IMG/VR virus record: IMGVR_UViG_3300037067_017690
Coordinates: 32,001-96,000 of that record
Strand: one strand, 5' to 3'
DNA from: a virus
Lineage: Duplodnaviria > Caudoviricetes
Length of the DNA stretch: 64,000 bases
Part shown: positions 39,354 to 50,073 of the stretch, one piece after another
Numbering within the stretch: position 1 is the stretch's first letter
Layout: the number at the start of each line of letters is the position of its first letter
Program-made: the position numbers and the translations under genes
Notes under the pieces: generated by a model
What the model was told of the DNA's origin: nothing
What the model saw: only the letters and a program-made list of their open reading frames with translations
Databases searched by the model: none

Positions 39354-39575
39354 ATGCTTAAGACTTATTCAGGATATACTAGTCATTTTAATAATGCCAA
39401 AAATTTTTTCAAAAAAAATGAATTTTTAGAAGCATTAAATTCAATTAATAAAGCTATTGAAGATTATTCAAATGGTATCGAATTATACGAATATAGAATT
39501 CAAATTTATAAACAATTAATTATAAAAGATGAAAAAATGGTGCAAGAATTATTGCCAGAAGATTTAAAATCATGA
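39354..39575 (+). CDS. Small TPR-like protein
   Basis: EALNSINKAIEDYSN...YEYRIQIY; AAGGA RBS before MLKTYS. Confidence 0.5.
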   Translation: MLKTYSGYTSHFNNAKNFFKKNEFLEALNSINKAIEDYSNGIELYEYRIQIYKQLIIKDEKMVQELLPEDLKS

Positions 39576-39747
39576 ATCTTTAAAATCGAAAATTGGATAT
39601 TTGCCATTGAATTATTAGATCCTTTGGTTATTTAAAAATGTCTTTTGAAAAAATCTAATAATCACGAGTATTTCTAAATTGTTTCACTTTACTTTTCCTT
39701 TACAAAAAATCTTTTTTGATATAATGTATCTTTGAAATAAAAATTTC

Positions 39748-39776
39748 TTTACATTTTATTAGATAAAATCTATAAT
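39748..39776 (+). promoter_or_regulatory. Early promoter TTTACA-N17-TATAAT
   Basis: Near-consensus sigma70 promoter. Confidence 0.75.
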
Positions 39777-39819
39777 AAAGTTAATTTAGAAGTTTTAGTT
39801 AGAGATAAAGGAGAATAAA

Positions 39820-40674
39820 ATGAGTGAAATAAAATCATGGGATTTTGATGTTAAAGAAGTGCTTTTGCAAGATATACCAGAGTTTAAGGGTGTTACAGGA
39901 TTCGAAAGAGATAAAATTCTTATTAATGCCACAGATAAATCAAAACTTGGAATTGTTTCGAAAAAATACACAGTTGTTTCTCATAAAATGGCAGTTAATA
40001 CATTATTGCAATCGATCGGCGAAATTTCAAAAGATGATCGAAAATTTGAAAAAATGAACATTTTGGAAAATCGTTTAATTTTTGGTAAAAATAAATCAAC
40101 AATGAAATTAGATATTGAATTTCCGGATGTTGTTTTCGATTTAGGAAAAACTCAAACAAATATTGATGATATCGTTAATTTTCAATTTACATTATATAAT
40201 GGATTAACTGGAAAAGATCCTTTTATAGTTCAATTTGGTGGTAATCGTTTAGTTTGCAAAAATGGGTTAACAACAAAAACAATCGTAAAAGATGTTCGAT
40301 TTGTGCATAGAAATATTGATATTCAAGCTCTTAAGCAAGCTATAAAGAATCAATTTTCTGGATTCACAAAAATTGTAGATGAATGGAAAATGTTAAAAAA
40401 TAAAAATATTTCTGATACAGATTTGAAAAAGTTTTTCAACCACTTAAATAAAGTTTCTTTAAAAAATTTTGTTCACAATTTTCATATAAAAAAAATTCAA
40501 ACAATTTCTCCAGAAATTTTAGAAAAGGAAGGTAGAAACTTATGGACAGTTGCTAATTTAGCAACTAATTATACAACTTATGATGCAAAGATTATTAAAT
40601 CCGATAACGCATATCGGAGAATCAATCTTATTAATAATTTCTTTTATAATGAATGTTTAAAATTGGCTGCATAA
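39820..40674 (+). CDS. DUF932-family protein
   Basis: LGIVSKKYTVVSH, NGLTG, RLVCKNGL, NLWTVAN..T.Y. Confidence 0.75.
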   Translation: MSEIKSWDFDVKEVLLQDIPEFKGVTGFERDKILINATDKSKLGIVSKKYTVVSHKMAVNTLLQSIGEISKDDRKFEKMNILENRLIFGKNKSTMKLDIEFPDVVFDLGKTQTNIDDIVNFQFTLYNGLTGKDPFIVQFGGNRLVCKNGLTTKTIVKDVRFVHRNIDIQALKQAIKNQFSGFTKIVDEWKMLKNKNISDTDLKKFFNHLNKVSLKNFVHNFHIKKIQTISPEILEKEGRNLWTVANLATNYTTYDAKIIKSDNAYRRINLINNFFYNECLKLAA

Positions 40675-41363
40675 TGAAAGAAAAATTTTCAAAATTTTAT
40701 AGACAATTTTTTAATTTAATATCTTCCGAAGCAGAATTAATAGAAAAAGCACTTTATAAATCTGATACTTCACAATTTCAAAAATATGTAGATGAAGAGA
40801 AATCTATTCATAGTTATAAATGTTTTAATTTTAAAATAGATTTTTTTAAAGATTCACAAGATATTTTAAATGTATTTTTAGAACCTTTTGATGATAAATA
40901 TGATTTTGCAATATTGTTAAATACTATAAAAATGAAAATAAAAAACAGAACAAAATTTTATATTATATGTAATGACGAAGGAAAATTATCATCATTTAAT
41001 ATTGGAGAAATTAAAAATGGTTGTAATGGATGTTGTGTATTTTCAAAACAATTTATTGATTTCATAGTGCATAATTTGCATAAAATTATTGATGTAAGAA
41101 AAATAGTTGGATCAATATTATTAGAATTATCAGATATAAAAGACCCAGATCAATATTTTGAAGAATTATTGTTTAGAACTTGGGCAAAAGTTAATAATGA
41201 AGGCATACAAATAACTTGGCGAAATTTAGAACAAATCTTATGCATTGATATTTTATCGACATTTTACACTCATCTTAAAAAATCAGTTATTTATCCTTCT
41301 GAATTCCAATTAATTATTGATTATTCATATCAGGACGTGTTAAAATACTTTTTTTCTAATTAG
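40674..41363 (+). CDS. Hypothetical protein
   Basis: TAATG-coupled ORF. Confidence 0.55.
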   Translation: MKEKFSKFYRQFFNLISSEAELIEKALYKSDTSQFQKYVDEEKSIHSYKCFNFKIDFFKDSQDILNVFLEPFDDKYDFAILLNTIKMKIKNRTKFYIICNDEGKLSSFNIGEIKNGCNGCCVFSKQFIDFIVHNLHKIIDVRKIVGSILLELSDIKDPDQYFEELLFRTWAKVNNEGIQITWRNLEQILCIDILSTFYTHLKKSVIYPSEFQLIIDYSYQDVLKYFFSN

Positions 41364-41374
41364 GGGGAGAAAAA

Positions 41375-41896
41375 ATGAATATAAATAAAATTTTAAAAGC
41401 AATGAAATTTGCTGCAGAATGTCATGCGAAACAATTTCGACAAAATGGAATTACTCCATACATTAATCATCCAATAAGTGTAGCATATAAGGTGTCTACT
41501 TTAAAAGATGTTACTGAAGAAATGATTATAGCTGCTGTGTTGCACGATGTTTTAGAAGATTGTGAAGAAATTACACAAAAACAAATTGAAATAGAATTTG
41601 GTGCAACAGTAGCAAATTATGTGAATTGGCTAACAAATCAATCTAAAAAACTTGGTATTAAACCTCGATCTTTTAGAAAGAAATATGATTGTGAACGATT
41701 GGCAAATGCTCCAATAGAAGTAAAAAAAATAAAATTATGTGATAGAATTAATAATCTTAGCGAATTAAAAGATTTTAATAAAAATTTTATTAGTATATAC
41801 ATAAATGAATCTGAAATGTTATTACATCATATTGGGAATGTTGATGCGGAATTATTACAAGAATTAATGTCATTAATTATCAAAATTAGGGAATGA
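41375..41896 (+). CDS. HD-domain (p)ppGpp hydrolase-like protein (Mesh1/SAH type)
   Basis: FAAECH..Q.R...PYINHP, AAVLHDVLED, IKLCDRINNL. Confidence 0.85.
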   Translation: MNINKILKAMKFAAECHAKQFRQNGITPYINHPISVAYKVSTLKDVTEEMIIAAVLHDVLEDCEEITQKQIEIEFGATVANYVNWLTNQSKKLGIKPRSFRKKYDCERLANAPIEVKKIKLCDRINNLSELKDFNKNFISIYINESEMLLHHIGNVDAELLQELMSLIIKIRE

Positions 41897-42835
41897 TTTA
41901 AAAACTTTAAAAATTTCATTATCTAATTTCCCATTCATTACATCTTGTTGTAAAGCTAAAATTCCTTCACTATGAGCTCTACGAGGATGATATGGTCTTT
42001 CAGAAACAATTGCGTCATAAATATCAGCAATAGTAACAATCCTAACATATTCTGGGATATCATTTTTTGTCATACCAATAGGGTATCCAGATCCATCTAA
42101 TTTTTCATGATGTTTGAAAGCAATTTCTTCTGCCAGAATCATAGAATCAATTCCAAATGCTGATAATGGTTCAAGAATTGTTTTCCCTTTTATTGTGTGC
42201 CTTTTAATCATATCAAATTCATTATCTGATAATTTTGTTGTTTTATTCAAAATATTTTCTGTAATTCCATGTTTTCCTACATCATGCAACATTGCTGCTA
42301 ATTTTAAATTCTGAATCATCGTTTCATCAAATTTCATCGCCGTAGCAATCGATGCAACTATTTTACTAACTCTATCATTATGGCCTTTTGTCAATGGATC
42401 TCTTAATTCTTCAAGATTTGCAAAAGTTGTTATCATAATTTCTTCAGCTTTTTCAAAATTCAAAATTTTTGATTCTTTTAGTGCATTTTCTATTTTTCGT
42501 TTCAACATATGAAACGAAAATGGTTTTTGTATAGCATCATAAAAATTGGCTTTGAATAATTGTTCGTATGATTCTGTAGATATAAATCCTGAAACAGCAA
42601 TTATTGGAATATTATGATTCAATTCATTTATTTTTGCAGCTGTTTCAAATCCATCCATTAGTGGCATTTGTATGTCTAATAAAATTACATGAGGGATTGA
42701 TCCATTTGTAATAGCATCTAAAAGAAGTTGACCATCTTTATATGTTGATATTTCATATTTGTCATTCAAAGTTTCTCGAATTGTATTTCTCATATAAATA
42801 TTATCATCAGCATAAAATATTATTTTTTTAATCAT
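41873..42835 (-). CDS. Response regulator REC + HD-GYP phosphodiesterase (RpfG-like)
   Basis: YADD, LLDIQMP, QKPF; HDVGK, HHEKLDGSGYP, ADIYDA...RPY. Confidence 0.92.
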   Translation of the reverse strand: MIKKIIFYADDNIYMRNTIRETLNDKYEISTYKDGQLLLDAITNGSIPHVILLDIQMPLMDGFETAAKINELNHNIPIIAVSGFISTESYEQLFKANFYDAIQKPFSFHMLKRKIENALKESKILNFEKAEEIMITTFANLEELRDPLTKGHNDRVSKIVASIATAMKFDETMIQNLKLAAMLHDVGKHGITENILNKTTKLSDNEFDMIKRHTIKGKTILEPLSAFGIDSMILAEEIAFKHHEKLDGSGYPIGMTKNDIPEYVRIVTIADIYDAIVSERPYHPRRAHSEGILALQQDVMNGKLDNEIFKVFKSFPNFDN

Positions 42836-45193
42836 TTAATTTAATACCTTGCTGATTGAAGTGTTTTGAATTTCTGTAATATCCATACTATCTTTAATAA
42901 AAGGATATCTTAAAATTACAGAATTTGTTCTCACAAAATCTTCTATAATAAAATTAAGATATCTTTTCGAATATCGTGAAATTGTTTGCATTGGCATGGT
43001 AAATGAAGTTATGTTTTCAATAGTGGTAGGATTTAATTGATTATAAATTTTACCAGTTTGATCAATAATTGAAATGGAATTAATTTGAATTCCATCATAG
43101 ATTTTTTCATCATTTTCCCCTAATACAAAAGGACGAACGTTAATAATTGCATCATGACTGTAAATTCTATAATTATCAAAATCTACTCCGTAAGTGAAAG
43201 TTGTAGAACCAATAATAGATTCTTCTTGACTATCAGGACTCATCGCTGTTATTACATCAGTATTTTTTCCTCCTGCGAGAGTGAAATTATCTACTTTTGC
43301 TATAGGGATAGGAATTTTTTGAAATTTTTTATGATTTGCCCAATAATTTTTTAATTGTTGGCCAGGAGCATAATGAGAATCATTCAACCCTGTAAGATCT
43401 ATATTTGACGGAACAACAGGAGGAATTGTATTTTTATAATAATATATTTGCGTAGTAGATTCATTAATTTTCTTCAAAGAAATATTTGATCCATCAAGAT
43501 ATTTTTTCAAATGTTTTCTATTACCTGATTCTATTTTATCTGTTAACCAATTAGTGTAATACCAAGCAGTGTCAACACCACCTCCATCTTTTTTATCTTC
43601 CATTTTTATTGCATCAGTAATATATTTTTCATTCCCATTACCAGTAGTTCTATATAAATCATTATACAAATGAATCCCATTTTTATAATATGTATTTTCT
43701 GAATCATACCATGAAGGTAAATACAACATATTCTTTCTTGCGTAACCACCCATTTTCGAAATATATTCAGATCTCCAAGACATTAATGTAATTAATTTTT
43801 CAGGATTCGATTCGACAATTAAATTTCCATATCTATCATTCGCATTATGAGCTGTAGTAGGCATCCACACAGGGCTATACACATTTTCTTGATTCCAATC
43901 TGTTCCTCGAAATAATCCATACATGCCCTGTGTTGTAAAACTTGTAAATGGAAATATTGATGCTGCATCTTCACACATGGTACTTCTATCAAAAGCAAAA
44001 AGATATGAACTCAACGTTACCGCTGGAAATTCCATATCTTTATCTCTATAACTCGGGAACCCCAAAGGATTTGTTGTATTTGTTTGATTTGTATAATTCC
44101 AATAGGCTTTTCCAGTCATCCCACAAAAAATTCTCCAATCTTGAGGATAAATATCTTTATTTTTAAAAGTCCATCCATCAACATTTATTGGAGGAAATTG
44201 CCAATATGTTTTATAAGACTTCCCTTTTTCGGCAACGTAAATATTGTGATAAGGACTATAATGAGGATTTCCATTATAATTTATTCGATATTCTGTGTTT
44301 GGTCTATAAAATCTCCATTTTGAATGGTCTTCATTGGCACAATCCCATCTGACATTATTTACATAATCAAAATATTGGTTATAATTATGCACCATTGTAT
44401 GAATCCCAGATTTTGTAAAAAATCTTTTTCCATTTGATACTAATCTACTTCTTAATGGTAAATTCATAATTTTCCATCCGAATCCATCAATAATCTGATC
44501 ACCAATTAATCCGACTGTTGGAAATCCAGTAACTTTATCAGTCATATTACCAATTGGAGGTCTTGCCTTTACCATTAAATCTTCAGCTGTGTGAATATTT
44601 TGGAAGAAATAAATTAATGATGATAAAATTTCATTTCCATTATTTAATGTAAAGAGAGTTTGAATGTATTCAAAAGAAGTAGCACTATAACCTAAAGGAT
44701 GGCCAATCATGGGAATTGATAGAAAATCATTAACTATAAGTGTATAAGCATTTGGTAATACATGAGGAAAATTAGGATTCAATAAATCCCATTTAAATGG
44801 TTGAGTCATTCCTCTATGAAATATATAAGTAACAAAAAATGATGATTGCAATAATTCTTTATACTGTCTTAAATAATATGTATTATTGTTATGTGTTTTT
44901 AAATACATTATAGAATTAGTAGCAGTTCGTCCTGGTGCATATTTTGGCACAGATTCAAAAGTAAGTCCTGAAGCAACTTGTTGAATATTTCCTAATGCTG
45001 GAATTCTTACAGTTTTTGTTTGATATTCAGTCCTTGGTCTAGTATATATATTAATAGATTGAGGAAGAGTTCGAGAAATATTTTTCTCTTTAGAATCTTT
45101 AAAATACAAGGATTCTTCATCTGAAATTGATTTACCGCCAATTTCATAATTTGTTATTGTAAATGTTTCTGAATAACTAAATATTTCTGCCAT
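42836..45193 (-). CDS. Putative virion structural / receptor-binding protein
   Basis: 785 aa, Y/W/N/T-rich; in the minus-strand structural run. Confidence 0.5.
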   Translation of the reverse strand: MAEIFSYSETFTITNYEIGGKSISDEESLYFKDSKEKNISRTLPQSINIYTRPRTEYQTKTVRIPALGNIQQVASGLTFESVPKYAPGRTATNSIMYLKTHNNNTYYLRQYKELLQSSFFVTYIFHRGMTQPFKWDLLNPNFPHVLPNAYTLIVNDFLSIPMIGHPLGYSATSFEYIQTLFTLNNGNEILSSLIYFFQNIHTAEDLMVKARPPIGNMTDKVTGFPTVGLIGDQIIDGFGWKIMNLPLRSRLVSNGKRFFTKSGIHTMVHNYNQYFDYVNNVRWDCANEDHSKWRFYRPNTEYRINYNGNPHYSPYHNIYVAEKGKSYKTYWQFPPINVDGWTFKNKDIYPQDWRIFCGMTGKAYWNYTNQTNTTNPLGFPSYRDKDMEFPAVTLSSYLFAFDRSTMCEDAASIFPFTSFTTQGMYGLFRGTDWNQENVYSPVWMPTTAHNANDRYGNLIVESNPEKLITLMSWRSEYISKMGGYARKNMLYLPSWYDSENTYYKNGIHLYNDLYRTTGNGNEKYITDAIKMEDKKDGGGVDTAWYYTNWLTDKIESGNRKHLKKYLDGSNISLKKINESTTQIYYYKNTIPPVVPSNIDLTGLNDSHYAPGQQLKNYWANHKKFQKIPIPIAKVDNFTLAGGKNTDVITAMSPDSQEESIIGSTTFTYGVDFDNYRIYSHDAIINVRPFVLGENDEKIYDGIQINSISIIDQTGKIYNQLNPTTIENITSFTMPMQTISRYSKRYLNFIIEDFVRTNSVILRYPFIKDSMDITEIQNTSISKVLN

Positions 45194-45878
45194 ACTGTTC
45201 TATCACTTTCAATAAATTTTCTGTAATAAATTGTAAAATTGTTGTCATTGAAAATGCTCTTATTTTGTTATTTATAAATTTCGAATAAAATTGAGCAATT
45301 TTCACATCTCCTAAAATAAGTTTTACTTTTATCAATTCTTCAATTTTGGTAAAATTGTAACAATCAATTTCTAATATTGCAATGTTATTTTTCAATTTAA
45401 TAAAATATTGAGGATTTAATATATCTAATTTTTTGTTCTTTTTTAATTCATTAATAATTTCTTTTTGAATTAATCGTCGAAGTTGAATTTCAAGAATTTT
45501 TGAATTATTTTTAATTTCTGGAGGAATACCAATTATTTTTCTGGTTACAATTGCTGGAATATGTGTAAATCCCATTTTTTTAGAAACATTATAACGATGA
45601 ATCCCATCTGAAAGCCGATATTCTTTTAATTCTTCGTCATAATATAATTTGACTGGCGGCAAAGCCATATTATGTTCGAGACTCTGCATGATGGTTTCAT
45701 ATCTTTGTTGATTCCAAACATTTTCATCTTTGATTTCATTTATTGGAACTATTTCAAAATCATCTTTAAACCAATATCCATCTTCTAAGAAATTTACATA
45801 TTGTTCAGCAAAATCATTATGAATCATTTTACGATCTAATTTATATTCATAATGCGTTTTTTGTGCAATTTTAATCAT
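45177..45878 (-). CDS. ParB/Srx-like domain protein
   Basis: LPPVKL...LSDGIHRY...MG..HIPAIV; likely start MIKIAQK. Confidence 0.7.
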   Translation of the reverse strand: MIKIAQKTHYEYKLDRKMIHNDFAEQYVNFLEDGYWFKDDFEIVPINEIKDENVWNQQRYETIMQSLEHNMALPPVKLYYDEELKEYRLSDGIHRYNVSKKMGFTHIPAIVTRKIIGIPPEIKNNSKILEIQLRRLIQKEIINELKKNKKLDILNPQYFIKLKNNIAILEIDCYNFTKIEELIKVKLILGDVKIAQFYSKFINNKIRAFSMTTILQFITENLLKVIEQYGRNI

Positions 45879-45895
45879 TACAGATAAAATCATAA

Positions 45896-46735
45896 TTATT
45901 CCCAATTCCCATCTATTATATAAAATCTAAAATAAAAATTTTCAAGCACGCCAATTCTGCTCAATCCTATTGTTGAAACCCATCCTGCTTCGCCAATATT
46001 TGCTCCATTTGGGGAATAATCCCCAGATCCTGCAGGGTTTTTTGTTAATAATTTATTAGTTCCTGAAATAGCAGTAGTTGGGACTTGATTGCTATCTAAA
46101 TTATATTTTTCTTCCAGAAATAACCCTACATCATTTAATGTAGAAGTTGAAAATATATCACTATCTCTAAAATCAGATCTTTTTGAAATCTCAATTAAAT
46201 AATGTCCTCTACCACCTCGAACATCTCTTTTACCAGTTTTCAAATAAGATTTAATTATGAAATAATCATTTGATTGATTAGCGTTGTATATTAATTCTGG
46301 AATCCCTATATCTACTGCCTTAATTCTCACAGTCCATAGGACAGATCCTGCTGGCATTATAATATTTAACATGGAATCACCAAAATTAGATATTCTTGAA
46401 ATTTCTTCTTCATCTTGGCTCACATATCCATCATCTGTTTGAACTTTTAAGAACGCAGTAATATTTCCTTGCTTTCTCATTTCTATTTTAAACCACTTGC
46501 CTGGAAGACTATTCACACTGATCGCAAAAGTGACTTGTTGAGCGGTAGCAGATATGTTTTTGAATCCTTGACCATTATAAATATGATATTGGTCATTAAC
46601 TCGAACAATCATGTCTGTTTCTGGATCATGTGTTCCTTCTAATGGGATTGTAGTATAAATTTCAGGACTGATTCTTATTTCAGTCCAATTATTCCCATAA
46701 TTTTGAAATGTGGTTGCACCTAAATGAATTGCCAT
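45896..46735 (-). CDS. Putative structural protein
   Basis: 279 aa, beta-rich; TAAAAT 6 nt before ATG. Confidence 0.55.
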   Translation of the reverse strand: MAIHLGATTFQNYGNNWTEIRISPEIYTTIPLEGTHDPETDMIVRVNDQYHIYNGQGFKNISATAQQVTFAISVNSLPGKWFKIEMRKQGNITAFLKVQTDDGYVSQDEEEISRISNFGDSMLNIIMPAGSVLWTVRIKAVDIGIPELIYNANQSNDYFIIKSYLKTGKRDVRGGRGHYLIEISKRSDFRDSDIFSTSTLNDVGLFLEEKYNLDSNQVPTTAISGTNKLLTKNPAGSGDYSPNGANIGEAGWVSTIGLSRIGVLENFYFRFYIIDGNWE

Positions 46736-46750
46736 AACGTAATTTTAATC

Positions 46751-46779
46751 TTTACATCTATGAAATTAACCTCTATATT
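46751..46779 (+). promoter_or_regulatory. Early promoter TTTACA-N17-TATATT
   Basis: Consensus match heading a plus-strand island. Confidence 0.7.
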
Positions 46780-46960
46780 ATGAATAATAAAAAGGGAAAA
46801 TAAATAATGGCTAATTCCATATATTATGATAATATGTTGCGTTGCAAATGTGGTTCATTAGCTATAACAGTTGATGAAAAAAGAAAAGTATGTGATGTTT
46901 GTTATTGGAGAAATAAATTTTTAAAAATGCGTAAAAAAGTGGAAAAAATGGAGTATAAAA

Positions 46961-47386
46961 GTGAAAAATGAATTTAAAGATGCATTAGACCAAACAGTAA
47001 TAATCGGTGAAAATCACAATTTATTTTTAAATTTGGAGATTCTTTTTGAAGATGATTGCTTCTATGAAATAGGTTTGGCAAGTGAAGATGAAATAAATGA
47101 TGGAAGTGCCCTTTTTTATGGGTCAGGAGATCCAGGTAGTACCGAAACCTATTTCAGTGAAGATGAAGTTAAAAAATATCTTTCTCACTGTATTTCTATG
47201 ACTCCTATTTTGAATAAAATTTATGGAAAAGAAGATGCTAGTGAACTCAGTGATTCAGTATTTCTCAAAGAAACTGATATGACATATATATTAATTCGCT
47301 TGGTAAAGAATTTCTTGGGCAAAAAACGAAATCTTATCAAAACAAAAGATAAAAAATATCAGTGGGTTATCAAAAATGTTAAGTAA
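46961..47386 (+). CDS. Hypothetical protein
   Basis: ORF with GGAG RBS. Confidence 0.6.
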   Translation: MKNEFKDALDQTVIIGENHNLFLNLEILFEDDCFYEIGLASEDEINDGSALFYGSGDPGSTETYFSEDEVKKYLSHCISMTPILNKIYGKEDASELSDSVFLKETDMTYILIRLVKNFLGKKRNLIKTKDKKYQWVIKNVK

Positions 47387-47624
47387 TAAAATCGATAAAT
47401 TTGCGGCCAAAAAAGAATTATATAAAGTCTTCTTGGATAAATTACCGAGAGAAGAATTGATAAGAAAATCCTTATCAGATCTTGAAGATAATGAATTTAC
47501 AGAACTTCAAGATTTCGTTGGTAACCATCAAAAAGTTTGTAATTGGTCAACAAACATTGGGCTAATGGAAGCAATTGAACATATTGTGGATGATGCAAGA
47601 GGAAATGATAATATCAATGAATAA
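47376..47624 (+). CDS. Hypothetical protein
   Basis: Overlapping ORF. Confidence 0.55.
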   Translation: MLSNKIDKFAAKKELYKVFLDKLPREELIRKSLSDLEDNEFTELQDFVGNHQKVCNWSTNIGLMEAIEHIVDDARGNDNINE

Positions 47625-47997
47625 AATTAACGAAACAAAATCTTATATTACTTATGAACATGAAAAAGTATTAATTTCTTTTTATAAAACTATATGCTAT
47701 TCTGTAAAATGGTATAGTAATACAATCAGAATTAAATATGATTACACTAAAAATAATATTTTGAATGAATTTATTGGATCTCCTCATTTGGCAGTTTATA
47801 CAATTTCAAATCTCGATGATAAAACTCCAGAGGAAACTTTAAAAAATAATTTTTCAGAACTTTTAAAATCAATTTCTAATACGATAAACATAGAAATTAA
47901 AAGATATTCAAAATCTGTAAATACCAAAAAAGATGAAGATAAATTTTTTTGTAAAGCATTTTCTAAACACAAAGTAGATAAGGATTGGGAAATATGA
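47617..47997 (+). CDS. Hypothetical protein
   Basis: ORF starting MNKINE. Confidence 0.5.
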   Translation: MNKINETKSYITYEHEKVLISFYKTICYSVKWYSNTIRIKYDYTKNNILNEFIGSPHLAVYTISNLDDKTPEETLKNNFSELLKSISNTINIEIKRYSKSVNTKKDEDKFFCKAFSKHKVDKDWEI

Positions 47998-48024
47998 GTA
48001 AATATAAAGGATATTAAGTAAATC

Positions 48025-48053
48025 TTTACATTCTCAAAATTGTTTTCTATTCT
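48025..48053 (+). promoter_or_regulatory. Early promoter TTTACA-N17-TATTCT
   Basis: Consensus match upstream of AGGAG/ATG 48076. Confidence 0.7.
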
Positions 48054-48075
48054 ACAATTAAATAAGGAGAAATAT

Positions 48076-48516
48076 ATGAATAAAATTAAATATGTATACA
48101 AATTTTATATTCCTGTTAAAATTCAATTTTTGAATAGTAATGATGAAAATGATGAAAAATTATTTTCAAATCTTTCCGATAGATCAAAAAAAGATGTTTT
48201 TGAGGAGATCAAAAACGATTTTGATAGTTCTAATCTTGAACAATATGCAACGGATGTAATTGATGGAAAAATCGTTTCAATGACAATAACCGGATATTCA
48301 TTAAATGGCGTATATTGTGAAGTGGGAGTTTGTAAAAAATTAACTAAGAAAGAAATTTATCAAGTTATAAATTACATTTCAGGACAATGTTCTGATGGTT
48401 GGGGAGAATGTTGCGAACAAAAAGAAAAATTTGTTGATGGTATAGAATGTTACATACTTACTTGGTGGAGTGAAGAATATCCTGAAATTGAATATGTTGG
48501 AGTATCAAAAGTATGA
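48076..48516 (+). CDS. Hypothetical protein (GQCSDGWGE motif)
   Basis: ORF with AGGAG RBS. Confidence 0.65.
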   Translation: MNKIKYVYKFYIPVKIQFLNSNDENDEKLFSNLSDRSKKDVFEEIKNDFDSSNLEQYATDVIDGKIVSMTITGYSLNGVYCEVGVCKKLTKKEIYQVINYISGQCSDGWGECCEQKEKFVDGIECYILTWWSEEYPEIEYVGVSKV

Positions 48517-49799
48517 AAACAAGAAAAATAAATAGAGTTCATTTTATAATCACTGGAGAATGGCTCACTTGGATGTTGAGACATTTGTGGGTCGAAGGCA
48601 GCGAAGTAAAAGCTGTCAATGTATGGTGTGGGGCTTTTCCAAAATTAACTAGTGAAAAGATCATAAAAACTCATTTTCTTGATGTGGTATCTGGGAGAAA
48701 GAAATTTGTTGGTGATAATGAATATGATCTTGTTGATGATAATAAGAAATACTGGAGCACATATCAAGATGGGGAAGAAAATACTTCTTTCCCTTTACTC
48801 CAGAGTTGGGAAGATGTGATTCTCCTGAAAAAAGTGAAGCTTTATTTTTCAGAAATGAATCTTCGAGGAGTCAGAATGAATAGAAGATTCGCTACTACTC
48901 AAGAAGGCAATGGAAATAATTCTATATATTGGGCACAAGCAGTAGAAGAAAATAAAACAGAAAATTTTTATCGCAAACACGTAAGTGATAATTGGTCAGA
49001 AATCAGGAATTTGACAATGCGTTTGAAAATGGATCTGGATTTACAAATGCTTGAAACTCCTGATGCTCCACTTCCTGTTACTCCTACATTCAATACTAAA
49101 AAAGCATATCCGAAAGCAAAAGGAAATATTGATCAATGTTTTGATTTACGAGATGAAATTGAAGCGATTCTTACACCGATAAGAATTTATTTTGAAACAA
49201 AATATGAAGGACATATTCACATTGATGATACTATGAATTACAGTGGATTATCACAGTTCAATAAATGGGATATTGCCAAAGAAGAAAAACGAAGAGGAGA
49301 AGAATCAAATATTAGCGAATTGGCTCTTGAAGAACGTGATCAAGAAAATAAATCCGAATCTTTGATTGAAAAAATCGAAAAGGGTAAATCTTTAGATGTT
49401 ATGGCTTACGTCCACAATCTTGTTGAAGATAGTAAACGTGAAGATCGTTTCGAACCAGATCAGCCAGAAAATACAAAATGGACTTCAGGATACATTGATA
49501 GAGAAGGAAAACTTTATACATGTGCTGATTTACAACATATAAATTTTGCTGATGAATTATGTGAACATTTCAAGTTAAAGAAAGACAAAGACGAAGATAC
49601 TCAAATAACTCTTGACAAATTAGGATGGGTAAAAATATCTATGAGTAGATTTATGTGGGTGGAAAGAATTAAACCTACCGAAAAACAAATAAACACTATG
49701 CACCGATACATGCTTGGAAAAGGAATGAAAAAAGCTCTTTTTAATACATTCTTGCCAGAAAATGCAAAAACTTTAGGAGAAGTGTTTAATGATGATTAA
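48513..49799 (+). CDS. Hypothetical protein
   Basis: 428 aa; C-terminal GYIDREG....C....H...A motif. Confidence 0.7.
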   Translation: MKTRKINRVHFIITGEWLTWMLRHLWVEGSEVKAVNVWCGAFPKLTSEKIIKTHFLDVVSGRKKFVGDNEYDLVDDNKKYWSTYQDGEENTSFPLLQSWEDVILLKKVKLYFSEMNLRGVRMNRRFATTQEGNGNNSIYWAQAVEENKTENFYRKHVSDNWSEIRNLTMRLKMDLDLQMLETPDAPLPVTPTFNTKKAYPKAKGNIDQCFDLRDEIEAILTPIRIYFETKYEGHIHIDDTMNYSGLSQFNKWDIAKEEKRRGEESNISELALEERDQENKSESLIEKIEKGKSLDVMAYVHNLVEDSKREDRFEPDQPENTKWTSGYIDREGKLYTCADLQHINFADELCEHFKLKKDKDEDTQITLDKLGWVKISMSRFMWVERIKPTEKQINTMHRYMLGKGMKKALFNTFLPENAKTLGEVFNDD

Positions 49800-49938
49800 A
49801 ATCTATGTTTCTTTACTCATTACAATTGCTCTTTACATAATGTGGAATGGATTAAAGATTGAGTATGGTAAACCAGATAGCGGGAAAACTCATTGGAAAA
49901 TAGAAATTTATTCCTTGAAAAGATTTTTCAAATAAGTC

Positions 49939-49967
49939 TTTACATTCTTCTCGTTATCATCTATCTT
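49939..49967 (+). promoter_or_regulatory. Early promoter TTTACA-N17-TATCTT
   Basis: Consensus match followed by GGAGG RBS. Confidence 0.7.
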
Positions 49968-50073
49968 ATATTCGGAGGTATTAAATGGATCTTGATCACA
50001 AAATTTTAGCTAAAGACATAAAGAATTTCCTTCATGATTATGCAAAAATAAATCATGAAAATGAAATTAGTGT

